Of a stretch of 61,480 nt of DNA, positions 1-9,106 are shown piece by piece. The position numbers and the translations under genes are program-made. Origin of the DNA: Patescibacteria group bacterium (GTDB taxonomy: Bacteria; Patescibacteriota; Minisyncoccia; Phycocordibacterales; Phycocordibacteraceae); NCBI GenBank assembly GCA_038062735.1, contig JBBTWN010000009.1:1-61480 (forward strand). Direction: 5' to 3'. The notes below the pieces were generated by a model. The model saw only the letters and a program-made list of their open reading frames with translations, searched no databases and was not told the origin of the DNA. How positions within the stretch are numbered: the first letter of the stretch is position 1; the number at the start of each line of letters is the position of its first letter.

Positions 1-767
<767 letters not shown>

Positions 768-977
768 CGGAATACATTCGGACTTCGGTTCGAGTTAAAC
801 CGGTCGGTCTTGATAGAAGAAGTAATGGCGCACATACTTTGAAATGGCGCTCGGCATCCAGATTGTCGAAACTGGGATAGATCGGAACAGAAGAAAGTCC
901 GGAGTTTGTTTTTTGGGAAGAAAGATGCAACAAGCCCACCTAGCGTGGGCTATTCATGTATGGTAGTGTGTGGGCGT

Positions 978-1280
978 ATGGCAGAAAAAAGATCTATTGT
1001 TCTCGTTGGTCCAGTGCCGATACAACTTCACTCGCCCAAGGCGCATGGCCTTATCGCGAGTCCGCGCAGATTTATACCCGGGATGCTCGTTCGCGCACCC
1101 GTTGATGGAATTGTGCGAACTGCAGAAGTAGTGTCGCCGTGCTCGGTTAAACTGGTTGATCAAAAGCAAAGACGCGAACACATCTGCGTAATATATCAAC
1201 GCTTTCAAGGTCCGCACGCTGGCTCGCCAAAAGTATCGATTGTTGCTCCAAGAAAAGTGGAGCTTATTTACAACCAGTAA
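978..1280 (+). CDS. hypothetical small protein (100 aa) inside the 16S / tRNA-Ile spacer
   Basis: ORF 906-1280 trimmed to ATG 978, which has TGgTAGTGT (961-969) 8 nt upstream. It lies 7 nt from the next ORF. No recognisable domain. Confidence 0.35.
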   Translation: MAEKRSIVLVGPVPIQLHSPKAHGLIASPRRFIPGMLVRAPVDGIVRTAEVVSPCSVKLVDQKQRREHICVIYQRFQGPHAGSPKVSIVAPRKVELIYNQ

Positions 1281-1286
1281 ATTTCA

Positions 1287-1568
1287 ATGACTGAAGGAGA
1301 ACCTCCACCACAACGGTCGCTCCCGTTTTATCCGATTCGTGGCACCTTTGTTCGCCCCGGCGACTACATTAAAGGCACTATGCCCGATGGAAGAGGCACG
1401 TTTGGTTTTAGTGGCTTCATTCGTTCGATAGCAGTATGGACAGACGGCGTCCGCATTTATCTTGATCTGGGGACTCTGAAAATCACCGCGGCAGCGCGTC
1501 CGTTTGTAGCACTCTCGCAGCATATTCATAAAGAAAAATTATCTGCCGATGAGTCAGAAGGAAATTGA
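1287..1568 (+). CDS. hypothetical small protein, paralog of 4309-4572
   Basis: 93-aa ORF. It shares SLP(F/Y)Y..(V/I)RPGDYI.G...FSG..RS...W.DG..I.L with the ORF at 4309-4572. Confidence 0.5.
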   Translation: MTEGEPPPQRSLPFYPIRGTFVRPGDYIKGTMPDGRGTFGFSGFIRSIAVWTDGVRIYLDLGTLKITAAARPFVALSQHIHKEKLSADESEGN

Positions 1569-1635
1569 AGAATAGCCTCGTTTCTGGTACCATCAGCATT
1601 ACTGCACGCACGGGTAGCCGGCGCATGCACAAAAT

Positions 1636-1708
1636 GCACGCTTAGCTCAGTTGGTAGAGCACTCGACTGATACTCGAGCGGTCCTAGGTTCGAATCCTAG
1701 AGCGTGCA
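1636..1708 (+). tRNA. tRNA-Ile (anticodon GAU)
   Basis: 73-nt cloverleaf. Acceptor GCACGCT/AGCGTGC, D arm GCTC-AGTTGGTA-GAGC, anticodon stem CTCGA/TCGAG with loop CTGATAC, T arm CTAGG-TTCGAAT-CCTAG, discriminator A. No encoded CCA. Confidence 0.93.
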
Positions 1709-1716
1709 CAAAACTA

Positions 1717-1742
1717 AAAACCTGCATTGATGCAGGTTTTTT
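1717..1742. terminator. intrinsic terminator, bidirectional (A-tract / 10-bp stem / T-tract)
   Basis: AAAACCTGCA-ttga-TGCAGGTTTT followed by TT. It lies between tRNA-Ile (+) and the 3' end of the minus-strand gene 1801-2409. Confidence 0.75.
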
Positions 1743-1800
1743 GCTTATGCGCGGGGCGGAGCGAGCCTTAAATCTCGCTATTACAATTGTTTCTCGCCAC

Positions 1801-2409
1801 TCAGGTAATTTCTTTTGGTGCCTTCAGCGCCCTAGATGCCCTTGGCTTATAAATTTTCTCAAGAAAATAATTAACTGATTCAAAAACCTCTTTGGCGTCT
1901 TCGGGAGTGGGAGCACTAGTGATGTCTTTCGGGTGTATAACCCCCCTTCTCGTTAGTCTTGCGATGGTTGCATCGGAGAATTGGTCCGGGTCGATTGTCC
2001 CCTTGTTCTTCAGTCCCTCCAGGCGGTCGAACAAGCTTTTCCCTTTATCGCCAACCGTCGTTATCAGTTCATTGACAGCACCTTCCAGTAGTATCCCCGA
2101 CAGTGCGATCACAGAACGAAAATGGTTGCGATACACATTCTTAAGCAGCTCTACATAACACTCATGATAATCATCTGGGAGCCATGCGGGTATCAAATTA
2201 GTACGCTCAACGGGGAATGAATCCAAAGCCAGGTTTGGGTTATCGTATACATATTCGATCACAAATAGATGTTTGCCCGGGCACCGCACTACGACCATTG
2301 ATGTGTTACCGTAAGTCGCGTTGTTGACTGAAGTGAAAAACCCCGCTTTTCCACAACGTGGGCAATCTCCATGCCATTGATTTAAACTGCCATCCCACGT
2401 TACATCCAT
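1801..2409 (-). CDS. DUF4145-like protein with N-terminal Cys-rich (CPRCG..RCPG) region
   Basis: 202-aa ORF. The C-terminal half (HFRSVIALSGILLEGAVNELI...ARLTRRGVIHP...EDAKEVFESVNYFLEKIY) resembles the DUF4145 helical domain as I recall it. Confidence 0.55.
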   Translation of the reverse strand: MDVTWDGSLNQWHGDCPRCGKAGFFTSVNNATYGNTSMVVVRCPGKHLFVIEYVYDNPNLALDSFPVERTNLIPAWLPDDYHECYVELLKNVYRNHFRSVIALSGILLEGAVNELITTVGDKGKSLFDRLEGLKNKGTIDPDQFSDATIARLTRRGVIHPKDITSAPTPEDAKEVFESVNYFLEKIYKPRASRALKAPKEIT

Positions 2410-2515
2410 ACGGTGGAATTATACTTCTTCCTGGCAGATAAGTACAACTAGAGCTCTATTACCCTAGATTGCAGTTGATCAAACATTGCTGCGGTTGCAA
2501 TGTTAGCATAACTGT

Positions 2516-3067
2516 ATGATCAACCTGCATCAGTTTATTGTCGCTGGCACGCCGACGGCAGGAAAGTCGACGTTTTCGCACAAACTGATTGAGAAGTATT
2601 TTGTCCAGCACATCTGCATCGACCCGATTATCGAGGGGTTTGAAGATGTGTTTCCTGAACTTGGTATAACGCATAACGCAAATACGCACGAGGCGCACGT
2701 CGAAGTGTGCCAAAAATTTAGACCGTTTGTTTCGCGGATGATTGACGGGCTCGACGTCGATAATTTTGTTATCGAAGGTTTTCGTCTCCCCATAGCCGAT
2801 CTTCACGATAAATATCCGCATCTGCAGTACTTCGCTTTTGGTTATCCAAGCGATACGCCGGAGTCGCGGCTGGCGCTCTGCCGCAAGCACGACACGGATA
2901 ATTGGACTAACGAGGAGACCGACGAAGAGCTCTTAAAAACGTTTACTTTTTTGATTGATGAAAGCAAACGACTTGAAGAGGTCTGCAAAGAACGAAACAT
3001 TCCATTTTTCGATACCACGCAGGATTATTGGGGCTCGATCGACGCCGCGCTACACTCAGCGAAGTAG
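2516..3067 (+). CDS. P-loop NTPase / putative kinase
   Basis: Walker A GTPTAGKST near the N-terminus. 183 aa. TAGCAT lies 6 nt upstream of the ATG. Confidence 0.7.
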   Translation: MINLHQFIVAGTPTAGKSTFSHKLIEKYFVQHICIDPIIEGFEDVFPELGITHNANTHEAHVEVCQKFRPFVSRMIDGLDVDNFVIEGFRLPIADLHDKYPHLQYFAFGYPSDTPESRLALCRKHDTDNWTNEETDEELLKTFTFLIDESKRLEEVCKERNIPFFDTTQDYWGSIDAALHSAK

Positions 3068-3068
3068 T

Positions 3069-3491
3069 ATGGAAGAAGACAAAACGAAGCATTTTGTTGG
3101 CAAGATTGCACAAAAAGCGATTATTGTTCGCGACAAAAAGATTTTTGTCATGAAGGGTATTGGTGACGAGATCTGGGAGTTCCCCGGCGGACGACTTCAT
3201 GCTGGTGAAGAGCCAATCGATGGATTGAAACGCGAGCTTACAGAGGAGCTCGGAGTCGAAGTGCAAAACTTAAAGCCGTTTTGGTTTGGGCGGTCACTGC
3301 ACACAAAGACCAATACATGGCGTGTCCTCGCCGTATGGCTGGGTGCACTGCCGAAAAGCGCAAAGCTGAAGGTTGCAAAAGCAGAAGTTCAAGAATGTAA
3401 GTGGATTACTTTAGCAGAATTGAAAAAACTTCCGATGTATGAGGATTGCGGGCGAGCAGCAAAAGCGTATGTAAGTACGATACAAAAGTGA
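3069..3491 (+). CDS. NUDIX hydrolase
   Basis: Nudix box GGRLHAGEEPIDGLKRELTEELG. Start moved to ATG 3069, 2 nt after the upstream stop. Confidence 0.85.
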   Translation: MEEDKTKHFVGKIAQKAIIVRDKKIFVMKGIGDEIWEFPGGRLHAGEEPIDGLKRELTEELGVEVQNLKPFWFGRSLHTKTNTWRVLAVWLGALPKSAKLKVAKAEVQECKWITLAELKKLPMYEDCGRAAKAYVSTIQK

Positions 3492-3522
3492 CCACCAAGG
3501 CTCTCCTCGAGTATCTCTTTTT

Positions 3523-3741
3523 ATGAACGAATACATGGTTCGATTGGGTGACAAGCTTGCCAGGCTTAGAAAGATGTGGGGGGTTGAACAAGAAAGTTGT
3601 GAGGATGTGGGCAAAATGATTGGATCAGATTATCCGCTCGGGGGCGTGCCCGTCTCGCAGAGGGTAGAAACTGCAAAAAAGAATCTCAAACGTATTGAAG
3701 AATTTGCAGATAGGGTGCGAAGGGAAATGCAGAAGCGTTAG
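3523..3741 (+). CDS. hypothetical small protein (72 aa)
   Basis: ORF only. No motif recognised. Confidence 0.35.
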   Translation: MNEYMVRLGDKLARLRKMWGVEQESCEDVGKMIGSDYPLGGVPVSQRVETAKKNLKRIEEFADRVRREMQKR

Positions 3742-3763
3742 TATCTTGATCGTCACCGCATAT

Positions 3764-3792
3764 TTGCAAATGTAGAAAAGATATGATATAAC
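3764..3792 (+). promoter_or_regulatory. sigma70-like promoter: TTGCAA, 17-nt spacer, TGaTATAAC
   Basis: -35 at 3764-3769 and extended -10 at 3784-3792. The -10 ends 6 nt before the GTG at 3799. Confidence 0.55.
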
Positions 3793-3798
3793 TCGTTC

Positions 3799-4101
3799 GT
3801 GACGAAAGAACGAGAAAACAGAATACCATTGGTCGCACCAATGCTGCTTGAAAATGACACAGTTGTATCAGTAACTGAGGGGGATCGTGTGCACGTTGTC
3901 TATGTCGAAGCAACGACAGGTAAAAAACTTACGAAAACAGGCATTGTTTCAGAACCGCACACCGGTATGCACGGCTGGGGTTTTACGCTCACTGTCAAAG
4001 GCGAAGAATACCATCTCATCAGACCCTTTAACGTCGACATTCCAACGGGAGTTCATTTTCAGTCAATTAAGATATTGAAAAAAGCTACAAAGAGAAGGTA
4101 A
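3799..4101 (+). CDS. hypothetical small protein (100 aa)
   Basis: ORF with a promoter immediately upstream. The start is uncertain (GTG 3799 or ATG 3841). Confidence 0.45.
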   Translation: MTKERENRIPLVAPMLLENDTVVSVTEGDRVHVVYVEATTGKKLTKTGIVSEPHTGMHGWGFTLTVKGEEYHLIRPFNVDIPTGVHFQSIKILKKATKRR

Positions 4102-4119
4102 GCTGTATTCGTAATAATT

Positions 4120-4128
4120 TGGTATAGT
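4120..4128 (+). promoter_or_regulatory. extended -10 element TGgTATAGT upstream of tRNA-Leu
   Basis: TG at 4120-4121 and TATAGT at 4123-4128, about 85 nt upstream of the tRNA 5' end. Confidence 0.45.
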
Positions 4129-4212
4129 ACCCACGTCGGGCACTGTAAGGAGACCTTGCGTGCCCTTCGTTCGGACGCCATGAAAACCTGGTTTTCGCGG
4201 CGCTCCTCACTC

Positions 4213-4294
4213 GGGCACGTGGCGTAACTGGTAGCCGCGTACGTCTCAGAAGCGTATGTCGAAAGACATGGGAGTTCGAGTCTCCCCGTGCCCA
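4213..4294 (+). tRNA. tRNA-Leu (anticodon CAG), long variable arm
   Basis: 82 nt. Acceptor GGGCACG/CGTGCCC, anticodon stem TACGT/GCGTA with loop CTCAGAA, variable arm TGTCGAAAGACAT, T arm GGGAG-TTCGAGT-CTCCC, discriminator A. Confidence 0.93.
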
Positions 4295-4308
4295 CTAATG
4301 AAAAATAT

Positions 4309-4572
4309 ATGAATGAGGCCGCAAAACGAGGATCGTTGCCGTACTACGTCTCACACGATAGGACCATTCGTCCCGGCGACTATATCGCTGGTGAGCTCGC
4401 AACTACCGATGGTTGTGAAACTATTTTTTCTGGTCACGTCCGTTCGATGGTTAGCTGGGTTGATGGTACGTACATACATCTCACAGACCAAATTATTCGT
4501 ATTCCAAGTCGCTCGTCTTCGTTTCTTTCTTTGCATTTGCATGAACGGCGTGGACAAACAGCTGAGGAATAG
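4309..4572 (+). CDS. hypothetical small protein, paralog of 1287-1568
   Basis: ORF 4288-4572 overlaps the tRNA 3' end, so the start was moved to ATG 4309. Clear similarity to the 93-aa ORF at 1287. Confidence 0.55.
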   Translation: MNEAAKRGSLPYYVSHDRTIRPGDYIAGELATTDGCETIFSGHVRSMVSWVDGTYIHLTDQIIRIPSRSSSFLSLHLHERRGQTAEE

Positions 4573-4612
4573 TACTCATCAGTACTTCATCTGGCTTCTG
4601 TAGACTGAACGG

Positions 4613-4837
4613 ATGGCACCAGAACATGTTCCGTTTAGCAGGGACGCGCGCGTAAGCGTTCGCGAGATTGGCCCGCGCAATGAGATTATTCGTGACCATC
4701 CAATGGGTATTGTTAAAAATATTCTCGCTAGCAAACGAGGTAAACAGCAGATAGTAGTGCTTGGACAGGAGGGTCTGATTCGTGTCCCGTGGCCTGAGCC
4801 AAAGCGCGGTCAGCGAAAAATCATTCGCTATTTATAA
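4613..4837 (+). CDS. hypothetical small protein (74 aa)
   Basis: ORF with TAGACT (4601-4606) 6 nt upstream of the ATG. Confidence 0.45.
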   Translation: MAPEHVPFSRDARVSVREIGPRNEIIRDHPMGIVKNILASKRGKQQIVVLGQEGLIRVPWPEPKRGQRKIIRYL

Positions 4838-5014
4838 TAGCTATGCAGTAAGCGTCACGCGACGCAGATAGCGATTGTAGCGGCGGATTTTGTTGCGGTG
4901 GCGGCGCATCTTAGACTCAGGAGTCGAGGGGATTTTGGGGGCAGTCGAACGCACTAACTCTCGGGTGGGACCTCGATGATTGAAGTAAATCAACATCGTT
5001 CTGTACATATCGTA

Positions 5015-7087
5015 TCACACTTTGCGCAGCACCCTCTTTTTCTTAGCTGTCGATAAAATTGCATCAAACTCTCTAATTCCTACAGGTTTGGTTAGGTGAT
5101 AGTCAAAACCAGCAAGCCTCGCTCGCGCCTTGTCGTCGTCTTGGCCGTATCCGGTGACCGCGATTAAGATTGGTTGGACGATTGAGGATTTTCTAAGCTC
5201 CCGCGCAATCTCATACCCATCGCGGTCAGGGAGGCCAATGTCCAAAATAGCGACTGTAGGAGAAAATACTTCTGCTGTGGCTAAGGCTGAGTCACCGTCG
5301 AATGCAAGGCGAACTTCGTGGCCACGATGGGCAAGCAGCTTCCCCAGACCCTCTGCCGCTGGTTCATTGTCGTCGACTACAAGAATTTTGTGTCGAGCGG
5401 TCCCTGTACTCGCCACTTTGCTTTTAGGTACTGGCTCTGGGGTTGTGACGCCCTTCTTTTCTTGTACGCGCGGCAATTCGATAATAAATTCACTGCCTCT
5501 ACCCAAGCCTTCACTCATCGCGGTAATGGCGCCACCGTGGAGTTCGACCAATTTTTTGGTGAGCGAAAGGCCGATACCGAGACCAGCACTCTGCTTCCCG
5601 CCGTCTCGCGCGACCTGGAGGAAGGGTTCAAATATTTGTGTAAGCATGTGCGGTGCTATCCCGATGCCGTTATCACGAACCCGTATGGTGACCGCCTGCG
5701 CCGTTTGCGTCGCATTAATGACGATCATACCGCCCGGGTTTGTATACTTTGCAGCATTGTTAAGGATGTTAACCATGACTTGCTCAAGCCTAAGCGCCTC
5801 GCCCAAAACAAGAAGCCGTTCTTCTCCGCCGGAGACAGTGACTGAGTGTTGATTTGATTTCATAACAGGAGCACTGGCGACTACAGAATGAGCGATGACC
5901 ATGCGCATATCAACCCGCTCGGTATTGAGTTTTATCTTTCGTTCTGAAATACGCGATATATCAAGGAGATCATCCAAAAGCCCGGTCGCATTTTTGAGTT
6001 GCTTATCCATAATCGCAACTGCCTGCATCGCGTCGCGACTCCCGAGGCCCTTAAGTTTTATAAGTTCAAGTGCGCTTACGACAGGGGCAAGTGGATTTCT
6101 TAACTCATGCGCGAGTACGGCAAGAAATTCAGTTTTTGCTCGATCCTCTGATCTGATTTTGTTCAATGCAAATTCCATTTTAGTGACGTACTCTCCCAAT
6201 TTCTCACTGGTGTATTTGTGTTCTTTAACGATTGCTGCAAAAACGAGAAATCCAATTGACATCGTGGCCGTGTATATTTGCAGATAGAGTGCGCCTTCGG
6301 TGTATGCGGTGGCCGTGAACGGTCCATACCCAAGCGCCGTAGCGATAACCGCGATCGCGAGATTCAGCCCAATGGCGAGCGTGGTGCCACGCGGCCCAAA
6401 TTGTATCGCTGCCCATATGAGTGGACCTATCGCGAGGTAGAGGAGTGGGATGTGATCAGGAATAAAGGGAGGCCTCAGAAAGGTAACCCAATTCACTAGC
6501 CCAACAAACCCAAGGAGCAGCACAAATTCAGTCACATGCTCACGAAATGTCCCAACGGGGTATGCGTACCCCGACGCCCACGTTATCAAAAGTGGTGCGA
6601 TGACCAGAGCGCCAAGGATATCTCCAAAGAGCCACGTTACCCACGTGAGTGGTATCTCATTGATTGTAATCAAGCCGCCAAGCCATAAACTGGTCACTCC
6701 AATTACTGCGCTGAAGAGGCTCGCTGCGGTAACAGAAGCAAGAAATGCAAATACCTGTTTAAGTTTGCGAAACAATTCGTTCGGAACGGTGAAGCGGCTG
6801 ATAAGATACGCTCCGGCGAGTGCCTCGAGCGTGTTGCCCGTGGCGATGCCTGCGGCTACCAAAAATGGTGCCCCGAATAAAAGATTTATACTCAGCGCTC
6901 CAAGAATGATAGACGGCCATAACCGATACCCACCGATCGCAAGCGCACCGATTGCAATGCCAGTTGGCACCCAGACTGGCGCTGCAAATGTATTAACTGA
7001 GTCAAATTGTAGACAGAGGTATGCCGTTCCTACATAGACTGTAAAGACAATGAGATTCCAAAAGAGATCACGACTTCGCACGTGCAT
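5015..7087 (-). CDS. hybrid sensor histidine kinase (MASE1-like membrane domain, HisKA, HATPase_c, C-terminal receiver)
   Basis: About 8 N-terminal TM helices. H-box LAVLAHELRNPLAP, N/G boxes (ILNNAAKYT, DNGIGI, GLGIGLS). Receiver KILVVDDNE...DIGLPDRDG...TKP. Confidence 0.9.
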   Translation of the reverse strand: MHVRSRDLFWNLIVFTVYVGTAYLCLQFDSVNTFAAPVWVPTGIAIGALAIGGYRLWPSIILGALSINLLFGAPFLVAAGIATGNTLEALAGAYLISRFTVPNELFRKLKQVFAFLASVTAASLFSAVIGVTSLWLGGLITINEIPLTWVTWLFGDILGALVIAPLLITWASGYAYPVGTFREHVTEFVLLLGFVGLVNWVTFLRPPFIPDHIPLLYLAIGPLIWAAIQFGPRGTTLAIGLNLAIAVIATALGYGPFTATAYTEGALYLQIYTATMSIGFLVFAAIVKEHKYTSEKLGEYVTKMEFALNKIRSEDRAKTEFLAVLAHELRNPLAPVVSALELIKLKGLGSRDAMQAVAIMDKQLKNATGLLDDLLDISRISERKIKLNTERVDMRMVIAHSVVASAPVMKSNQHSVTVSGGEERLLVLGEALRLEQVMVNILNNAAKYTNPGGMIVINATQTAQAVTIRVRDNGIGIAPHMLTQIFEPFLQVARDGGKQSAGLGIGLSLTKKLVELHGGAITAMSEGLGRGSEFIIELPRVQEKKGVTTPEPVPKSKVASTGTARHKILVVDDNEPAAEGLGKLLAHRGHEVRLAFDGDSALATAEVFSPTVAILDIGLPDRDGYEIARELRKSSIVQPILIAVTGYGQDDDKARARLAGFDYHLTKPVGIREFDAILSTAKKKRVLRKV

Positions 7088-7127
7088 ATTAGAACATTAG
7101 ATGTATGAAGAGTTCATGAAGAGATGG

Positions 7128-7739
7128 TTATTTTGGCCACTCAGTGAGTCGGCCTGCCTTAAGCTCCATGGGGTCAGCTTTCCGTATGTATTTTTTGTTT
7201 CCTTTTGGCACAAGAGGGTGGTGCGCGAGCGCGTCTAGCTTTGTATCAATCCACCACAAATGGCTTTCATCAGTAACCCATTCAGTACCAAGTTGTTTCA
7301 GATTGAGCGGATCAGAGTAAGACTCAAATGTTTTTTCCCCATTTGTGTTCATAAACCATTCGTGAAAGTAGGAGAGTACGAGCTCGCGTATATTTTTGTA
7401 GACAGGGTCACGAAAGCGGATAGTTGCATGATTTGTCTTTGATATCGCGCCCCAATAGCCGTTCACTTTGTACAACGTCAAAATGTGATCATAGTCTGGT
7501 CTACGCCCGCGCATATCCATAATGAGTGGCTGCTCTCCGTGGTACCACAGCGCGGCGGCGGCGATAAGCGCGCCTTCAATGCAATGAGCAGTATTTTTTT
7601 TGAGTGCCATGCGGGGGCTGTAGTGCGTGTCACCGTCACACTCAAAGTTCATCGGGATGGTATCAAGGAAGTCTTGAATTTTGATTGGAGACGAAAGTTT
7701 TTTTAAAATCGTCTCTTCATTCTTGGTTAGACCAAACAT
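7128..7739 (-). CDS. hypothetical protein, possible transglutaminase-like Cys-His fold
   Basis: ORF 7128-7754 trimmed to ATG 7739 (TACTAT 6 nt upstream). AHCIEGALIAAAAL and DHILTLYKVNGYWGAISKTN resemble the Cys and His/Asp segments of transglutaminase-like peptidases. The fold call is weak. Confidence 0.5.
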   Translation of the reverse strand: MFGLTKNEETILKKLSSPIKIQDFLDTIPMNFECDGDTHYSPRMALKKNTAHCIEGALIAAAALWYHGEQPLIMDMRGRRPDYDHILTLYKVNGYWGAISKTNHATIRFRDPVYKNIRELVLSYFHEWFMNTNGEKTFESYSDPLNLKQLGTEWVTDESHLWWIDTKLDALAHHPLVPKGNKKYIRKADPMELKAGRLTEWPK

Positions 7740-7753
7740 GACCTTATAGTACA

Positions 7754-9106
7754 ATGACCCACATGAGTGCGTGGGCAGAGTACTTTAAGGGTAGGCGGGT
7801 GACCGTCATGGGTATCGACCCTGAAGGACGTGGTGTCCAGGACGCTCTGTTTGCTGCACAGCACGGGGCAGACGTTATCGCGACGGATGTGAAGGGTGAC
7901 GAGGCACTTCGCGCGTCACTCAACGTACTGCGATACCAACCCTCAATTAAGTACCGGCTCGGTGGGCACGTAGAAGAGGACTTCACAAAAGTTGACTTAG
8001 TTATCCGTGCCGCTTCGGCACCCCTGGATTCGCCATATCTTACTGCTGCACGAAATGCAGGAGTCGCGATCGAGACCGATGAGACATTGTTTCTTGCGCT
8101 CGCGCCGCCGGTGACACTCGTTGGGGTGACGGGGACTCGCGGCAAAACGACGACGACGCAACTCCTCTATGAAATAGTGCACGCGCATAAACCCGATAAC
8201 ACATTTCTTGCGGGTAACGTTCGTGGCGCGGCAGCGGTACCACTTCTTGATGCGGTCCATGTGGGCGACACCATAGTTATGGAACTTTCAAGCTGGCAGC
8301 TTCAACAATTTGGAGAAAAAAAAATAAGCCCAAAAATCGCTGTGTTTACGACGTTTTATCCTGACCACCTTAACTACTATCATGGGAGTATCGACGCCTA
8401 TCTTGGAGACAAAGCGCACTCTTTTTTGAATCAAGCACCAGGGGATACGTTGGTCGTGTCGACGCAGGTTCTGCCAATGTTGCAAGAAAAGTATTGGCCC
8501 CTCGTCCGCGCGCAGGCGCTTGTTGCAGATCCTGCCAAATTTCCATCTGGGTGGTCGCTTAAAATACCCGGTGCGCACAATGTATTGAACGCGATGTGTG
8601 CCATCGAAGCAGCCCGCGCGCTCAATGTCCCCGAAGAAAGTATCAAAACTGCAGTTGAAAATTTTAAAGGAGTTCCCGGGAGACTTGAACTTATTCGTGA
8701 GGTGCATGGCGTCACCTATTATAACGACACCACGTCGACATCCCCAGACGCGACGCTTGCGGCACTCCAAGCGCTAAAAAAGGAAGGAGCATCAAAGGTT
8801 ATTTTAATTTTTGGCGGCGCTGACAAAACGCTCGATATGTCTGCTTTGGCAAAAGTTATCCCACAATTAACTAAGCACGCAGTTTTGTTAGCAGGAACGG
8901 GAGCAGATGTATTACTGGCTGATTTCCCATCGCTCGCTGACATTCAGGTATGTGACCGGCTTCAAGACGCTTTTCACGATGCGGTCCAACATGCATCATC
9001 CGGTGACTCTATAGTGCTAAGCCCCGGGTTCGCATCGTTCGGCATGTTCAAAAACGAATACGACCGTGGTGATCAGTTTACCGCACTCGTTAACGGGCTT
9101 GCATGA
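7754..9106 (+). CDS. murD: UDP-N-acetylmuramoylalanine--D-glutamate ligase
   Basis: N-terminal Rossmann segment, Mur ligase P-loop GVTGTRGKTTTT, and MurD-like length of 450 aa. The start may be the in-frame ATG at 7763. Confidence 0.9.
   Translation: MTHMSAWAEYFKGRRVTVMGIDPEGRGVQDALFAAQHGADVIATDVKGDEALRASLNVLRYQPSIKYRLGGHVEEDFTKVDLVIRAASAPLDSPYLTAARNAGVAIETDETLFLALAPPVTLVGVTGTRGKTTTTQLLYEIVHAHKPDNTFLAGNVRGAAAVPLLDAVHVGDTIVMELSSWQLQQFGEKKISPKIAVFTTFYPDHLNYYHGSIDAYLGDKAHSFLNQAPGDTLVVSTQVLPMLQEKYWPLVRAQALVADPAKFPSGWSLKIPGAHNVLNAMCAIEAARALNVPEESIKTAVENFKGVPGRLELIREVHGVTYYNDTTSTSPDATLAALQALKKEGASKVILIFGGADKTLDMSALAKVIPQLTKHAVLLAGTGADVLLADFPSLADIQVCDRLQDAFHDAVQHASSGDSIVLSPGFASFGMFKNEYDRGDQFTALVNGLA

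Noticed and set aside
893-902. GAAAGTCCGG, preceded by ACAGAA, just after the 16S. It resembles the RNase P RNA CR-I (GAGGAAAGUCCGG) and CR-V (ACAGAA) signatures.
   Set aside because: None of the other universal RNase P elements (GGUAAG, GUGAAA and GGUGCGGUAAG-type regions, a P4 partner strand) occurs in the following 400 nt, which instead carries ORFs. Judged coincidental.
4137-4212. The leader of tRNA-Leu contains GGGCAC...GTGCCC, copying both acceptor-stem strands. This could be a vestigial tRNA or an att-site duplication.
   Set aside because: The shared strings are only 6-7 nt long. There is no integrase, and I could not define a longer direct repeat of the tRNA 3' end.
4841-4996. 51-aa Arg-rich minus-strand ORF (MLIYFNHRGPTRELVRSTAPKIPSTPESKMRRHRNKIRRYNRYLRRVTLTA) just downstream of the kinase gene. 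It could be a small ribosomal-type protein.
   Set aside because: It is below the track cutoff and matches none of L32, L34, L35, L36 or S21 as I recall them. Only a weak -10-like TATGTA lies upstream. There is not enough support to call it.
5130-7037. Several plus-strand ORFs of 130-240 aa inside the histidine kinase gene (5130-5852, 5318-5845, 5895-6287, 6600-7037).
   Set aside because: They are shadow ORFs opposite a gene with unambiguous HisKA, HATPase and receiver motifs. Their translations are low-complexity and motif-free.
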